Assembly: GCF_006345805.1 (NCBI RefSeq)
Contig: NW_021831661.1
Coordinates: 1 to 34,948 of the forward strand
DNA from: Octopus sinensis
Taxonomy: Eukaryota
DNA length: 34,948 nt
Direction: 5' to 3'
Below, in pieces: positions 23,528 to 34,948 of the stretch (the stretch's first letter is position 1; every line of letters starts with the position of its first letter). The notes under the pieces were generated by a model, which saw nothing but the letters and a program-made list of their open reading frames with translations, had not been told where the DNA came from and made no database searches. A program made the position numbers and the translations under genes.

Positions 23528-24509
23528 ATAGGTTGTCCATAAAAAGTGGACCTGGATTCCGTAAAGCAATTTTTCTTTATGAAATAGACATTTTCTAGTT
23601 TATCGGCCAGAGAAACAATAGAATTACCCGATCAACGACAAGTATTACTGCTAGTATATATATATATATATAATTTCACGGACAAACTCTATAGCGCGCC
23701 GACGGTTGGATGCACACGATTGAATGCACGGTGACAGCGAGCAGTGACCTTCATGGAGTAGTATGCTGAGTAACATCGATGTGTATACTTCACACGATGT
23801 GGAATTTGTATTTTCGTGATGACGTGTATGAATAGGACGTGTATGGAAGAATGAACCAACATGAAATTTTACGTAAAAATTGGGAGGTCTGCTATAGAGA
23901 GATGGAGCATGCTTCGGCAAGCTTCTAGCGATGAGACAATGGGTCGTACATAATGTTTCAAGTTCACAGGTGTACGAGAGAATGACAGCTTAATCAAGAG
24001 CATTTTCAATATTTTTTCTACATCGTTGGTATTGTGCATTGAGAATTCGACCCCCAAGTCCAAAAGAGGGATCAACAGCGATATTTTAGGGCTTTTCAAG
24101 GATGACATTCGAGAAAACTGACTGGATTTGTGGTACGCGAATTATTGGATTTTTCACAACGACAATGTACTCTGTCACCACACTCGTGGGTTTCGTGCCA
24201 AAAGCAACATGCTATCGCTTCTGTACATGTCCTTTTTGCCAGATTCAGCACCTGGTGACTTCCATCTCTTCCCCAAGATGAAAATACGGTTCAAAGATCG
24301 AGATCAATAGGAATTTTAACACCGTTGTTGAGATCAAGACGTCTTCAAGAGGCCGGATACCAAAAGTGTCAAGAAAGCTGGATCGGGTGTATTCGAAAAG
24401 CTTTGCGGTGTATTCCTGCACAAGGTGACTTTACCGAAGGAGATGAAGTTAATATAAGTTAGTGTTATTAAATATAACTCATCCAGGAACATTACGATGC
24501 CACTTTGTA
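23528..24509 (+). mobile_element. Mariner transposon deletion derivative (copy 2)
   Basis: N-terminal KFYVKIG and MGRT*CFK, then WIFHNDNVLCH and PDSAPGDFHLFPKMK. Weak terminal inverted similarity (CCTGGA/TCCAGG). Confidence 0.8.
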
Positions 24510-24516
24510 TGTATAC

Positions 24517-24637
24517 GATGGGTTTCTTTTAGTTACCGTGAACAAATATACACGAGTTTGTTGTGCTGTAAGCCAGAGTACACGCAGTGGGACTGAATAC
24601 AGTAGAAAATATTATATCACATTCATGCCAACGCCTA
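24517..24637 (-). mobile_element. Internally deleted 5' part of SINE family A
   Basis: Homologous to 8797-8928 and appears to share its deletions. Confidence 0.65.
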
Positions 24638-24660
24638 ATCGTATGTACATATATATATAT

Positions 24661-25310
24661 ATACAGGTTGCAACACGAAATTGCCTCCATTACCTGTTTA
24701 ATTTCGCGCATGCGCATTCTTTGTTTTTGACTTTTGTCGACCACTCAGTATAGTATGATCAGTTGGGTACCGTCTGTGAGAAAAACAGCACCATGGCGTA
24801 ATTCACTCTGCCAGAAATTTTGGAAACGACATGCTGTACTGCTTGGCATCCGTGCCGAAAGATCTAATATGAACATTTCAGAGTGTTTGGGTGTCAGTCT
24901 GAGGAATGTGCAATCCAAGGACATGTACTCCGACTGATAAAAATCAAACATCAAGTCAACATTATGGTGTTTGGAGTGATCACTGGTGATGGTGACATTA
25001 TGCATTCATTCACGGATTAGACTCAATATGGAGGGCTACATCAAGTGCCTGGAGAAGGTAGTGCATCCCTGGAGCAAAGGGATAGCTGATGGAAGATCCT
25101 ATCTCTGGCAGCAAGACTCTGTACCATGCCATACCAACAGGAGATCCCAGCCATGGCTGTCAGACAAAATTCGCGACCACATCACCTCTAAAATCACGCC
25201 ATATAACTCCCTAGACTGGAACCCCCTTGATTATTATGCGTGGGGCGCAGTCGACTGAGAGGTCAGCAAAACCCCTTGTAGCATCAAAGATAAACTGAAT
25301 GCAAGGATTA
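24661..25310 (+). mobile_element. Tc1/mariner-superfamily DD37D (maT-like) transposon relic
   Basis: IMVFGVITGDG and WQQDSVPCH...NSLDWNPLDY, with 37 residues between the second and third catalytic Asp. Confidence 0.8.
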
Positions 25311-25323
25311 TATATATATATAC

Positions 25324-25934
25324 CTGACTCGTGGCCGTGGTACGTAAAATACTCCAATGTGACCGTACGACAGGCACCCATGCCAACCCCCTTTGCTTGT
25401 GAAGACATGTTGGGGCAAGCGAAATCGAAATAGAATTGAACCAGCCAGGATCCCTGGTCTGGTGGTACGTAAAAAGCACTATCCGACTCGTGGCCGTGGC
25501 ACGTAAAATACTCCAATGCGACCGTACGACAGGCACCCATGCCAACCCCCTTTGCTTGTGAAGACATGTTGGGGCAAGCGAAATCGAAATCGAATTGAAC
25601 CAGCCAGGATCCCTGGTCTGGTGGTACGTAAAAGGCACTATCCGACTCGTGGCCGATGCCAGCACCGCTTCGACTGGCTTCCGTGACGGTGGCACATAAA
25701 ATACACCAATCTGACCGTGGCCGTTGCCAGCCTCGCCTGGCACCTGTGCAGGTGGCACGTAAAAAGCACCCACTACACTCACGGAGTGGTTGGCGTTAGG
25801 AAGGGCATCCAGCTGTAGAAACATTGCCAGATTAGACTGGAGCCTGGTGCAGCCTTCTGGCTTCCCAGAACCCCGGTCGAACCGTCCAACCCATGCTAGC
25901 ATGGAGAACGGACGTTAAACGATGATGATGATGA
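25324..25934 (+). mobile_element. Non-autonomous retroposon (family C) with internal 159-bp tandem duplication and (GAT)n tail
   Basis: Units start at 25326, 25485 and 25644. Conserved block GGAGTGGTTGGCGTTAGGAAGGGCATCCAGCTGTAGAAAC. 3' end CATGCTAGCATGG...(GAT)n. A second copy lies at 29584-30368. Confidence 0.8.
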
Positions 25935-26761
25935 TATGTACATACATACAGAAATGCATACACTATATATACACTATATAAATACGGGTGAATGTGGTTT
26001 TTATGTGTTTTTAGAGCTACGAGACTCTGAAACTTTGCGTCCTCGAGTAAAACGAATTTGACTTTTGAAATCCGATTTCCAAGGTAAACATCGTCCATAA
26101 AATATAATAAATATCATAATCCTCCACGTGAAATAACCCAACTTTGAGATCTCAACCTCCCACTCTATATCTTTCACTACCCATGTATCTTATATTAGCC
26201 ATACTATTTGATGCTCTCTCTCTCTCTCTCATCTCTCTCTCTCGGCTCGCTCTCTCTCTCTCTCTCTCTCTGTGAATTAAAAACCAATCATTGCTTTCAT
26301 TTTGTTTAAAATCTCTCCAACTTCTACTTATGATACAGTGTTCACACACAACACTTAGCTTCCAAATCTTGTTTTCTGGGTAAAAATGATAAAACTTCGA
26401 ACCTCTGATGTGTTTTCTAAACTTTTTCTCGAATAAACGAATAGATTTCAAAATTTCCACATACTTTTCAAATTTCAAATTCTGTGACACAAATCGAAAA
26501 GTTCGCTCTCTAATTGCTTATTTCTTTTCATTTCTCATAGTAAACCTTCTCACACATTATGAAAGTTTACCGCTCACACTAAGTGCATGTCGTGTTCCCA
26601 ATGTGTGTCGTGTTCCTAATACATATATATAGGTGTGTCTGTGCGAGTGCCATTGTGTCTGCGTGTGTGGATGTAAGAATGAGTGCGTATTTTTGTGCGT
26701 TATTGTGTGTATACCTATGAGCATAAGAATTATATTCATATACTTAAATATATATATATAT

Positions 26762-29096
26762 AAAACTTAGATAAAACTTAGATATGTTTCGACCAGAGAT
26801 TGGTCCAGCCATGTCTAACTTAATAGCACCACCTGATAGGATTATTCGAATCCTGTTTAAGTCAAGTTTTGTTCAAGTAGTGAGTTCTTGTTGGGTGAGT
26901 TGTATCCAGTTTTGTTCAAGTAGTGAGTTCTTGTTGGGTGAGTTGTATCCAATTATGGGTGGCTTATCTGGTATTCTTTGAAGGAATCTATCCAGACTCT
27001 GTTTGAAGTTGATGGGATCCTTTTCCTCTTTGATCTCCCTCGGGACAATGTTAAATAGGGCAGGGCCTGTTGAGGAAAAGAAATTATGTTGCAGTGTACA
27101 TGTATGTTGTGATCTTGAATTTGGCAGGGGACGTATAGCCCGTGGTCCAAGTCTCGGATGGACCTTGAAGCTAATGTTTAGGTCGTTTGGGCAAAGTTGG
27201 CGGTATATTTTCCACATCGTACAAATGATGTACCGCTCACGGCGACGCTGGAGGGAGTAAAGTTTCAAGGCTTTAAGGCGATCCCAATAGTCCGAGCAGC
27301 ATGCCTTCAATTTGTTTAGTGAGAGCCCTCTGGGGTGACTCAATTCTGGAGATGTTGTGTCTTGTGCGAGGAGACCACAGTGGGCAGCAGTATTCAAGGT
27401 GTGGCCGTACAAAGGATGAAAAAAGTGGTATGATGAACACTTGTTCTCTGGACCGGAAAGTCCTTAAGATCCAGGAACTCATCCTACGAGCTGTATCGAC
27501 CTTCTTGTTGATGTGTGCACTCCAACTGAGATCGTCATCAACAATTACACACCAGGTCTCTGATATTGTTAGAGGCTGTGAGCGGTTCCCCTGAAGGAAG
27601 AGAGTATGGTTGTTTTAGTGAGGAGTTTCTTCCAAAATGCATCAGCTCAAATTTTCCCTCATTCAGTTGCATTTTGTTTCTGTCTGCCCATTGACTCACA
27701 GCATATAGGTCAGACTGGAGTTGAGTTCGGTCTGCTTCTTCATTGACGATTTGCTGGAGCTTAGTGTCATCAGCGAATATTTTCACTTTGCAGTGATGTA
27801 CGACACTGGAAAGGTCGTTTACATAATTATGAAGAGTAGCGGACCCAAAACAGTTCCCTGGGGAACACCGCTGGTGACTTTTGCTCGGTTTGAGTGGACT
27901 CCATCAACTACAACATGTTGTGTTCTATTCGCTAGGAAATACTGAATCCAGTGTAGAACTTTTCCACGGATTCCACATTTGCCAATTTTGAGAGTAGGAT
28001 GTTATGGTCTACCCTGTCGAACGCTTTACTGAAGTCAAGGTATATGACGTCAGAGTTCGAACCTGTTCCCAAGGCTTTGAGTACATCTTCAATGTGGTGT
28101 AAGAGCTGTGTTAGACAGTCCCTGCCACAGCGAAGCCATGCTGATTTGAATTTAGGAGTTTGTGGGTCTCCAGGAAGCCAGCTATCCTTGATCTTAACAC
28201 TCTTCAAACACTTTAATGATGGGGAGGTGAGTGAGATTGGGCGATAGTTGACTGCGAGGGATCTGTTTCCCTGTTTGAAAACCGGGATGACCGACTGGAA
28301 TAGAACATTTTCGGTATATAACCTGCGTCTAACGAGTTTCCTCCAGAGGTTGGTCAGAGGGACTGCAAGTTGATCTACATTCCTTCAGAGACTGGCGGGA
28401 AATCTATCAGGGCCTACAGCAGAGTAATGTTTGACCTCATTTATTGCTGCTACGATGTCGGTGGCAGTGAAGGTTATGTCTGCGATTTTGTGTTGGGAGT
28501 CAGCTTCGTTCGTTTCCCTCACATCACAATATCAGTGGGAACACTGAAGACAGAGCAATATTGTTTCTGCAGTATTTCTGCCATTTCTTTAGCATCGTGT
28601 TGGGGAATGCCGTTTCATCAATCAATGGCCCAATAGGTGAGACAAGTGGTTCTATGCTTATTTGCATAAGAATAGAACACTTTTGGGTTCTGTTTGATGT
28701 TTTTGATTACCCATTGTTCCTCCACAGCTCTTTGATTTTCAATGGAGGTTTTCATGTTAGTCTGCAGATGAAGTTTTTCCAGCTCTAGTCTTTTCATTGT
28801 TGTTGAATGTGGATGTTGCGTGTGGGAATATTTTAATTGGTTGATTTTTTTGTTGAGTCTTTTGATGCGCCTGATGAGTGTTTTTTTCTTTTTAGGGAGC
28901 CGGTTTCTGTTTTGTTAGTAGATTTCTTGGGAGCGTGTTTAGAGCATGTGTCGGTGACAAGGTTTCAAAGTGCTGCCACGCTGTCTCAATATGAGGGGAA
29001 TTGAGAGTAAAAGACCAGTCGATGGAAGACAGATCCTTTCTGATTGTTCCCCAGTCCGCTTTGTGGAAATTTATGTTGTCAAATGGGTGCCATGGA

Positions 29097-29098
<2 letters not shown>
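26762..29098 (-). mobile_element. CR1/L2-type LINE, 5'-truncated, decayed
   Basis: FHKADW tether, NYRPISLTS, IYLDFSKAFDRVDH, GVPQGTVLGPLLF, KIFADDTKL, PHLEYCCPLWSP, SLQRRRER. Tail (ATCTAAGTTTT)2. ~42-bp tandem duplication at 26866-26950. Confidence 0.92.
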
Positions 29099-29138
<40 letters not shown>

Positions 29139-29186
29139 TATATAATATATATATATTATATTAGATATATATATTAGATATGTATA

Positions 29187-29236
<50 letters not shown>

Positions 29237-29293
29237 AATTAAGAGTTTAATATAAACGTCTTCATTTATGTTGTAAATTTATTTATGCTATTT

Positions 29294-29403
29294 AGACCTG
29301 AAGAGTAGCTATGTATCATTGGATCGAAGAAATATTAATTTTTCAGATAATCAATTTTGATAATGTCGATATTACTATATCGTCACGAAATGCGCCTCGT
29401 CGA
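29294..29403 (+). ncRNA. Minimal hammerhead ribozyme, core intact, stems eroded
   Basis: AGAC-CTGAAGA-GT...AC-GAAA-TGCGCC-TC-GTC, inside an AT-rich unit bounded by (TA)n (~29235-29530). Confidence 0.6.
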
Positions 29404-29525
29404 TTTTATGTGCATTATTTATTATAGTATGATTTAGCATATAATTAATTATATATTCCTATTTATATTTTATTATAGATAATATCTTTCATTCTTGATT
29501 GAATTACTTTATGGAGGTCTGTCTC

Positions 29526-29579
<54 letters not shown>

Positions 29580-29583
29580 TATA

Positions 29584-30368
29584 TCATCATCATCATCATC
29601 ATCATCACATTTAGCGTCCGTTTTCCATGCTAGCATGGGTTGGACGGTTCAACTGGGGTCTGGGGAGCCCGAAGGCTGCACAGGCCAGTCAGATCTGGCA
29701 GTGTTTCTACAGCTGGATCCCTTCCTAACGCCAACCACTCCGAGAGTGTAGTGGGTGATTTTATGTGCCACCGACACAGGTGCCAGACGAGGCTGCGAAC
29801 GGCCACGCTCGGATGGTGTTTTTATGTGCCACCGACACAGGTGCCAGACGAGGCTGGCAGACGGCCACGCTCGGATGGTGTTTTTATGTGCCACCGACAC
29901 AGGTGCCAGACGAGGCTGGCGAACGGCCACGCTGGATGGTGTTTTTATGTGCCACCGACACAGGTGCCAGACGAGGCTGGCAGACGGCCACGCTCGGATG
30001 GTGTTTTTATGTGCCACCGACACAGGTGCCAGACGAGGCTGGCGGACGGCCACGATCGGATGGTGTTTGTTACGTCCCCAAAGCACGGAGGCCAGTCTAT
30101 GCGGTACTGGCTACGGCCCGTTCGGATGATTTTCTTGTGTGCCACCGGCACTGGTACCACAAAGATGCAAATTCCATTTATGTTCATCTATTTTGATTTG
30201 TTTTGATTTGATTTGATTTTCACTTGCCTCAACAGGTCTTCACAAGTGTCACAAGAAGGAAGGTATGCACAGGTGGACTGACTACGTCCCAGGTAGGGGC
30301 CACGGGTTATGGCCTGACTAGTCTTGCCGGTCTTCGGATGGTGTTTTTATGTGCCACCGACACAGATG
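29584..30368 (-). mobile_element. Family C retroposon with internal ~61-bp minisatellite
   Basis: Reverse-complement match to 25680-25934 including the (GAT)n tail. Five ~60-62-bp units at 29759-30066. Confidence 0.82.
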
Positions 30369-30396
30369 CATACATATATGTGTGTGTGTAAACACA

Positions 30397-30454
<58 letters not shown>

Positions 30455-30601
30455 TTGAGTAGTTGAATGAATTATCTTATTAAGGATAATTCGAAAGATA
30501 ACCGATACCAGGGTAGCAAATTCACATCAGAAAGAACACGGTTGAAGCTACGTCCGTAGGGTATAGACTACGTGCTTTCGTGCTGAAGTTGTATGTTTAT
30601 T

Positions 30602-30724
30602 TTAAAAATATATAAGTATATGGAAGAATGGAGTTGAACGACTGGTTAACAAGTATCCTTTATTCTCGACGTATGTTGAACCTGTCGTTCAACTCCATTC
30701 TTTCATATACTTATATATTTTTAA
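30602..30724. repeat. Hairpin with ~50-bp arms and ~22-nt spacer
   Basis: Perfect core GAATGGAGTTGAACGAC/GTCGTTCAACTCCATTC, extending outward to TTAAAAATATATAAGTATATG/CATATACTTATATATTTTTAA. Confidence 0.9.
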
Positions 30725-30961
30725 TATATGTATATATATATATACATGCACACGTATGTCCATGCATACCAGTATATATCATATATATATACTCACACAC
30801 ATACATATATATATAGAGAGAATATTATCTTCCAATTATTCAAGTCATTAATCAGCGACCATCCTGGCAACCCTCCTAGAAGTTATTTTATTCGAATATA
30901 TTCTCCACAGTATTTAAATTTTGAAAGTCTGTTACTTATTATATCGTTTCCTTTGAGGAAC

Positions 30962-31205
30962 TGTTAAGTTACGGGGACGGAATAGCTCCAGAGACTAATA
31001 CAACCACAATGATTAAAGCTCACACACACACATACACCCATGTATATATGTAAATACATAAGACAGGCCTCTTTCAGTTTCTGACAACAAAATCGACTCA
31101 CGGCACGAGTATATAGAATTGGACACTTGGTGAAGGCAGCACGTATTAACACTGACCCCTACTCCACGTGGTTTGAAATCAAGCTTCTTATCACGCAGAC
31201 ACGAC
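30962..31205 (-). mobile_element. Highly decayed SINE family A copy
   Basis: TAAGTTACGGGGAC, CTCTTTCAGTTTC, GACACTTG and AAGCTTCTTATCAC blocks occur in the same order as in 845-1173. Confidence 0.55.
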
Positions 31206-31257
31206 TTTGACTTTATAAACACATACACTTATATAGATATACACATAAATATATTTA

Positions 31258-31307
<50 letters not shown>

Positions 31308-31692
31308 ATACATATATATATATGTATTGTACGCTCAAGTGGTCACACCTGTTTTATCCTGCTTTAAACACCTACACATTGGAATTACTACTTCCTGGAC
31401 TTTCTGCACCTCTCCGATTCTACATATCAGCACTCTACCCGATTGGCCCTGAATATACTTATGGATTTCACGTGATTCATCTGTTAATGAAAAATCCCTC
31501 CAATACACTACAACTTTTAATCCTTTTTGAACTTCTGTTTATTTCCTCATTTTCTTTATTTTGAAGATCGTAAGCTCGAAACTTAAAGCCCTTTCTCACT
31601 TTTCGGAGTGTCAAACTAATACACACATTGTTCATATATCTCTGTTCGTCTTTTGTTTTTCTGTAAATTTCATCTTTGTTTATATATGTATA

Positions 31693-31698
31693 TAGATA

Positions 31699-31774
<76 letters not shown>

Positions 31775-31802
31775 GTAGGTAGATAGATAGATAGATAGAT
31801 AT

Positions 31803-31855
<53 letters not shown>

Positions 31856-31874
31856 AAGATAGGTAGATAGATAT

Positions 31875-31939
<65 letters not shown>

Positions 31940-31940
31940 A
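31693..31940. repeat. (GATA)n microsatellite
   Basis: Directly visible. Confidence 0.97.
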
Positions 31941-32080
31941 TAAACACAGTGTACATTTAAACACATAAGAAGTATCCGTCATAGGATTCCCTGAACGCTA
32001 GAAGGAACAGCTAAAATCCAAACCGCTATTAGGGATAATAATCGAAGGGAATGAAAATTATAAAACATTTACCTCTATCT

Positions 32081-32150
32081 CCTAGACAACGGATTCAAAC
32101 ATTCTTTTAGCAAATAAAATTATATGCTAGGCGAAGTCTTCATCAGCAGG
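32081..32150 (-). ncRNA. Degenerate minimal hammerhead
   Basis: Minus strand: CCTG-CTGATGA-AGACTTC...GAATGTTT-GAAT-CCGTTG-TC-TAGG. Stems I and II pair; GAAA has become GAAT. Confidence 0.55.
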
Positions 32151-32336
32151 TACGCCTAGATTAAAACATATATGCATGAGGCAATCCAGCTTTTGCCTCT
32201 TATGTGATACCTCTTATGTGTTTAAATATGTACACTGCATTTATATGATATATATAGTCTATTGACATTTTTTTTACACGTTAGGCCACTGGTAGTAAAC
32301 ATTCTAAGCTTTTTTATTACCCTGTTATTGTTAATT

Positions 32337-32469
<133 letters not shown>

Positions 32470-34898
32470 CATGTTTCTTTATTAGCCACACAGAGCTGCA
32501 CACAGACGTGAAAGATTACAAGGTAAAGAGAGCTTTCTTTTTTAGGAATTAAGGTAGGGTAGGTTTTCGATAAAAAGTAATCGTAAAAGAGAATAAAGAC
32601 AAAGAAAAAAAGGAAAAGAAACAAAAGAAAAAATCGATCAATATGGATTGTGTATCACAGTGTCATGATGTAAGGTGTAAAGGGGGAAGCAGATAAGTTT
32701 TATTCGTGGGAATAAAAGCCTACGGAAAAGACCACGGTAACCTCGGTCAATATTGTTACATGTTACCACATTTGTTTTCAAGTAACCCTCACTTTTGATT
32801 TCCAGTTTCATAGGATTATGCTCAAGCTGGCTTCGTTTTTCATACGAGCCATCCTTGTTACATTCACCCATCTTTTTAAAACATTCGCTAGACAAAACTT
32901 GCCTCTCTACTCTCTCTCTTTCCTTTTCAAATGATACTTGAAGATGTTGATGACCAGAGAGGAAAGTGTTTGTCTCCAATACTTTCAGACGCGTCCACCA
33001 GTTACATTATTTTGCCATATGATGGAAGTAGCTCTTCCTTCCTGTTTGAAGGGAGGAGGCGTGACAATATTGACGATAGACTCGGCTGATAAATCGACTC
33101 GTCCCACACGTGACAGCAGTTGTTCGACATAAGCCCACAGGTCGGAAATGGTTGGATAGTACACGAGAGTGAGCAGAACAGTTTCGTCGCTCTGACCGCA
33201 TCACGGGCAGGTCGGCCCCGTGTTCCTCGAACCGTGTCTGTAGAGCTTATCCCGAAGAAGTAGCGCTTCTCGGTAGCACTGCCAGGCCAGGGATCTCTGG
33301 AGGTTGTCAATTGGCCCTGGCCCGAAAGTCGTCCTGAACATGCGGGTCACGTATTCCTCGTCGACGTCCAGGTTCGCCCCGAGCTCGTCGTCGTACCTAC
33401 CCTCCACTAATCCCCTATAGAATGCTTGGGTTGTGGTGAAGTCACTCATGGTCGACCCGGGACGGCATAGTTGCTTGACAGCAACGCGACACTGGCGGTG
33501 CCATTCGCTCTTTCTCGGCCTCTTTTTGATCCACGACTGCAGTTCGGTCATGGAGGCGAGTTGCCGAAAGCGTGCCTCAGAAACAGCGACCACACCTGTT
33601 CACCGTCGTCTACATAGACCCTGAGATGTCGCAGTCTAAGCGAGTGTCTGTGCATCATCAAACACGGCATGCCCAGTCCTCCTTTTAACGGGTGTTGACT
33701 GCAAATGGATCGCCTGACCATCGGGACGCATCCTTTCCACAAGACGCGAAAGAGAATACGCTCTAGATTGGTGATGGTAGGGTCGGGACAAGGCACGACG
33801 GTCAGACGGTAGTAGATGACGTACGCGATGTACGAGTTGGCCACCTCCACCCAAACTTTTAAGGTTTTTCTTCTCGGCCCATTGCCGGGCGAGAGTGACC
33901 ACCCTACTCATTATCTCGTTCTAGCTCTTCTCCATTTGGAGGTCCGGAACAACCAGACCCCGAAAAACTCGACCGGACAGTCGGTCCAGCGTCCCACGAC
34001 GGAGGTGCTGGTGGACGGCATGGGCTTGCTCCTCCAGGTACCGAGTCGCAAACCCACTTGTTTTTCCCGGTTGATTTTCGCTCCTGTCAGTATCGATGGT
34101 CTACCCTATCCAAAGCTTTCGATTGATCCAAATTGATCAGCGCCCCACCCATGCCAGGTTTCTTAACTACCCTGTCTATGATGTAGCACATCAGGTGTAG
34201 GTTGTCATTGATGCTCCGGCCCGGCACGGCGCATGTTTGCGCCTTGTCGACCAGTTTCTCGATAACAAGCGCCAAGCACGTTGCTAACACGTTGAACAAA
34301 ATTTTCAAGTGATGGGCCTAAAGTTATCTATTACATTCCCCTTGTTTAGATCTTTCTTCAGCAGAGTTACGGCTCCTCGGATAACAAAACCAGGAATGCT
34401 CCCGTTTTGCTACCAGTTGCAGTACACCGCTGCCAAGACGTCTCCAAACAAGTCTGGCATACAACTGTAAAGCTCGTAGGGTAGACCAACCAAACCCGGC
34501 GACTTGTCACTCGAGCATTCTGCGATCGCGTCCCGCACTTCCGCCGCCTTGATGTCACCTTCGCAGCGCCCTGCCTCTCTTGTCGAGAGTCGTGGTATGC
34601 TGTGTAGGTAGGCACTGAAGTCCACCCTACGCTCTTGCCTGCCACTCGTCCCGAACAGTCGGGCAAAATGCCGTTGGAAAGCGTCACACATTTTACTTGA
34701 CTCGAGCAATTCGCGCCCCTGTTCATCTACGAGAGATTGAATTGTGGGTTTATTGCCCTGTTGCGCCTCTGCCACCCGGGCTTCCCTCGCGGCTCTAACA
34801 CCTTCGTTCCTTAGAGCACGCACCCTAGCTGTGACAACACACCCTTCGTGTTTCGCGTTGAAGTGTTGGTCGGGAGCCAACACGCCGCCAAAACGTCG
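32470..34898 (-). mobile_element. L1/Tx1-clade LINE, 5'-truncated, with RT-core deletion
   Basis: KSPGLVGLPYELY, GRSINDNL, LDQSKALDRVDHRY, deletion near 34087 jumping to TGAKIN, then KGGLGMP and the CP*CG zinc-knuckle region. AATAAA just before the 3' end. GC-rich relative to the host. Confidence 0.88.

Positions 34899-34948
<50 letters not shown>
34899..34948. repeat. (GATA)n microsatellite at the LINE 5' junction
   Basis: Directly visible and runs to the window edge. Confidence 0.97.

Noticed and set aside
25990-26615. Possible MITE or DNA-transposon remnant
   Set aside because: No TIR pair or TSD could be established by eye.
26775-26810. Hammerhead-like GACCA..TGGTC-GAAA-CATATC-TA on the minus strand
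   Set aside because: No CUGANGA; better explained as the CR1 3'-terminal stem-loop.
29759-30066. CRISPR-like regular repeats
   Set aside because: Head-to-tail units without unique spacers, inside a retroposon, in eukaryotic DNA with no cas genes.
29640-30206. Overlapping repetitive ORFs of 120-190 aa (also 25234-25902)
   Set aside because: By-products of GC-rich tandem repeats open in several frames.

Overview
Eukaryotic, very AT-rich, microsatellite-dense DNA made almost entirely of decayed mobile elements. The SINE families and repeat landscape resemble octopus or another cephalopod (inferred from recall, not a database search). No intact protein-coding gene is evident; there is one candidate 130-bp host exon on the minus strand (9608-9737). 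Elements recognised: a near full-length RTE LINE with a 10-bp TSD, two CR1/L2-type LINE pieces, a Tx1/L1-type LINE inside a (GATA)n tract, a Gypsy LTR element nested in a Helitron, two Penelope-like elements (PLEs), mariner and DD37D/maT transposon relics, and several SINEs. The most striking unannotated signal is about a dozen minimal type-I hammerhead ribozyme motifs (CUGANGA...GAAA-short, mostly palindromic helix III-UH), two with intact cores and clean stems. They lie in PLE 3' ends and in short non-coding units between (TA)n tracts, several of which are fold-back palindromes with hammerhead sequence in each arm. A separate pseudoknotted RNA-like structure lies at 514-642. All calls were made by eye and coordinates of decayed elements are approximate.
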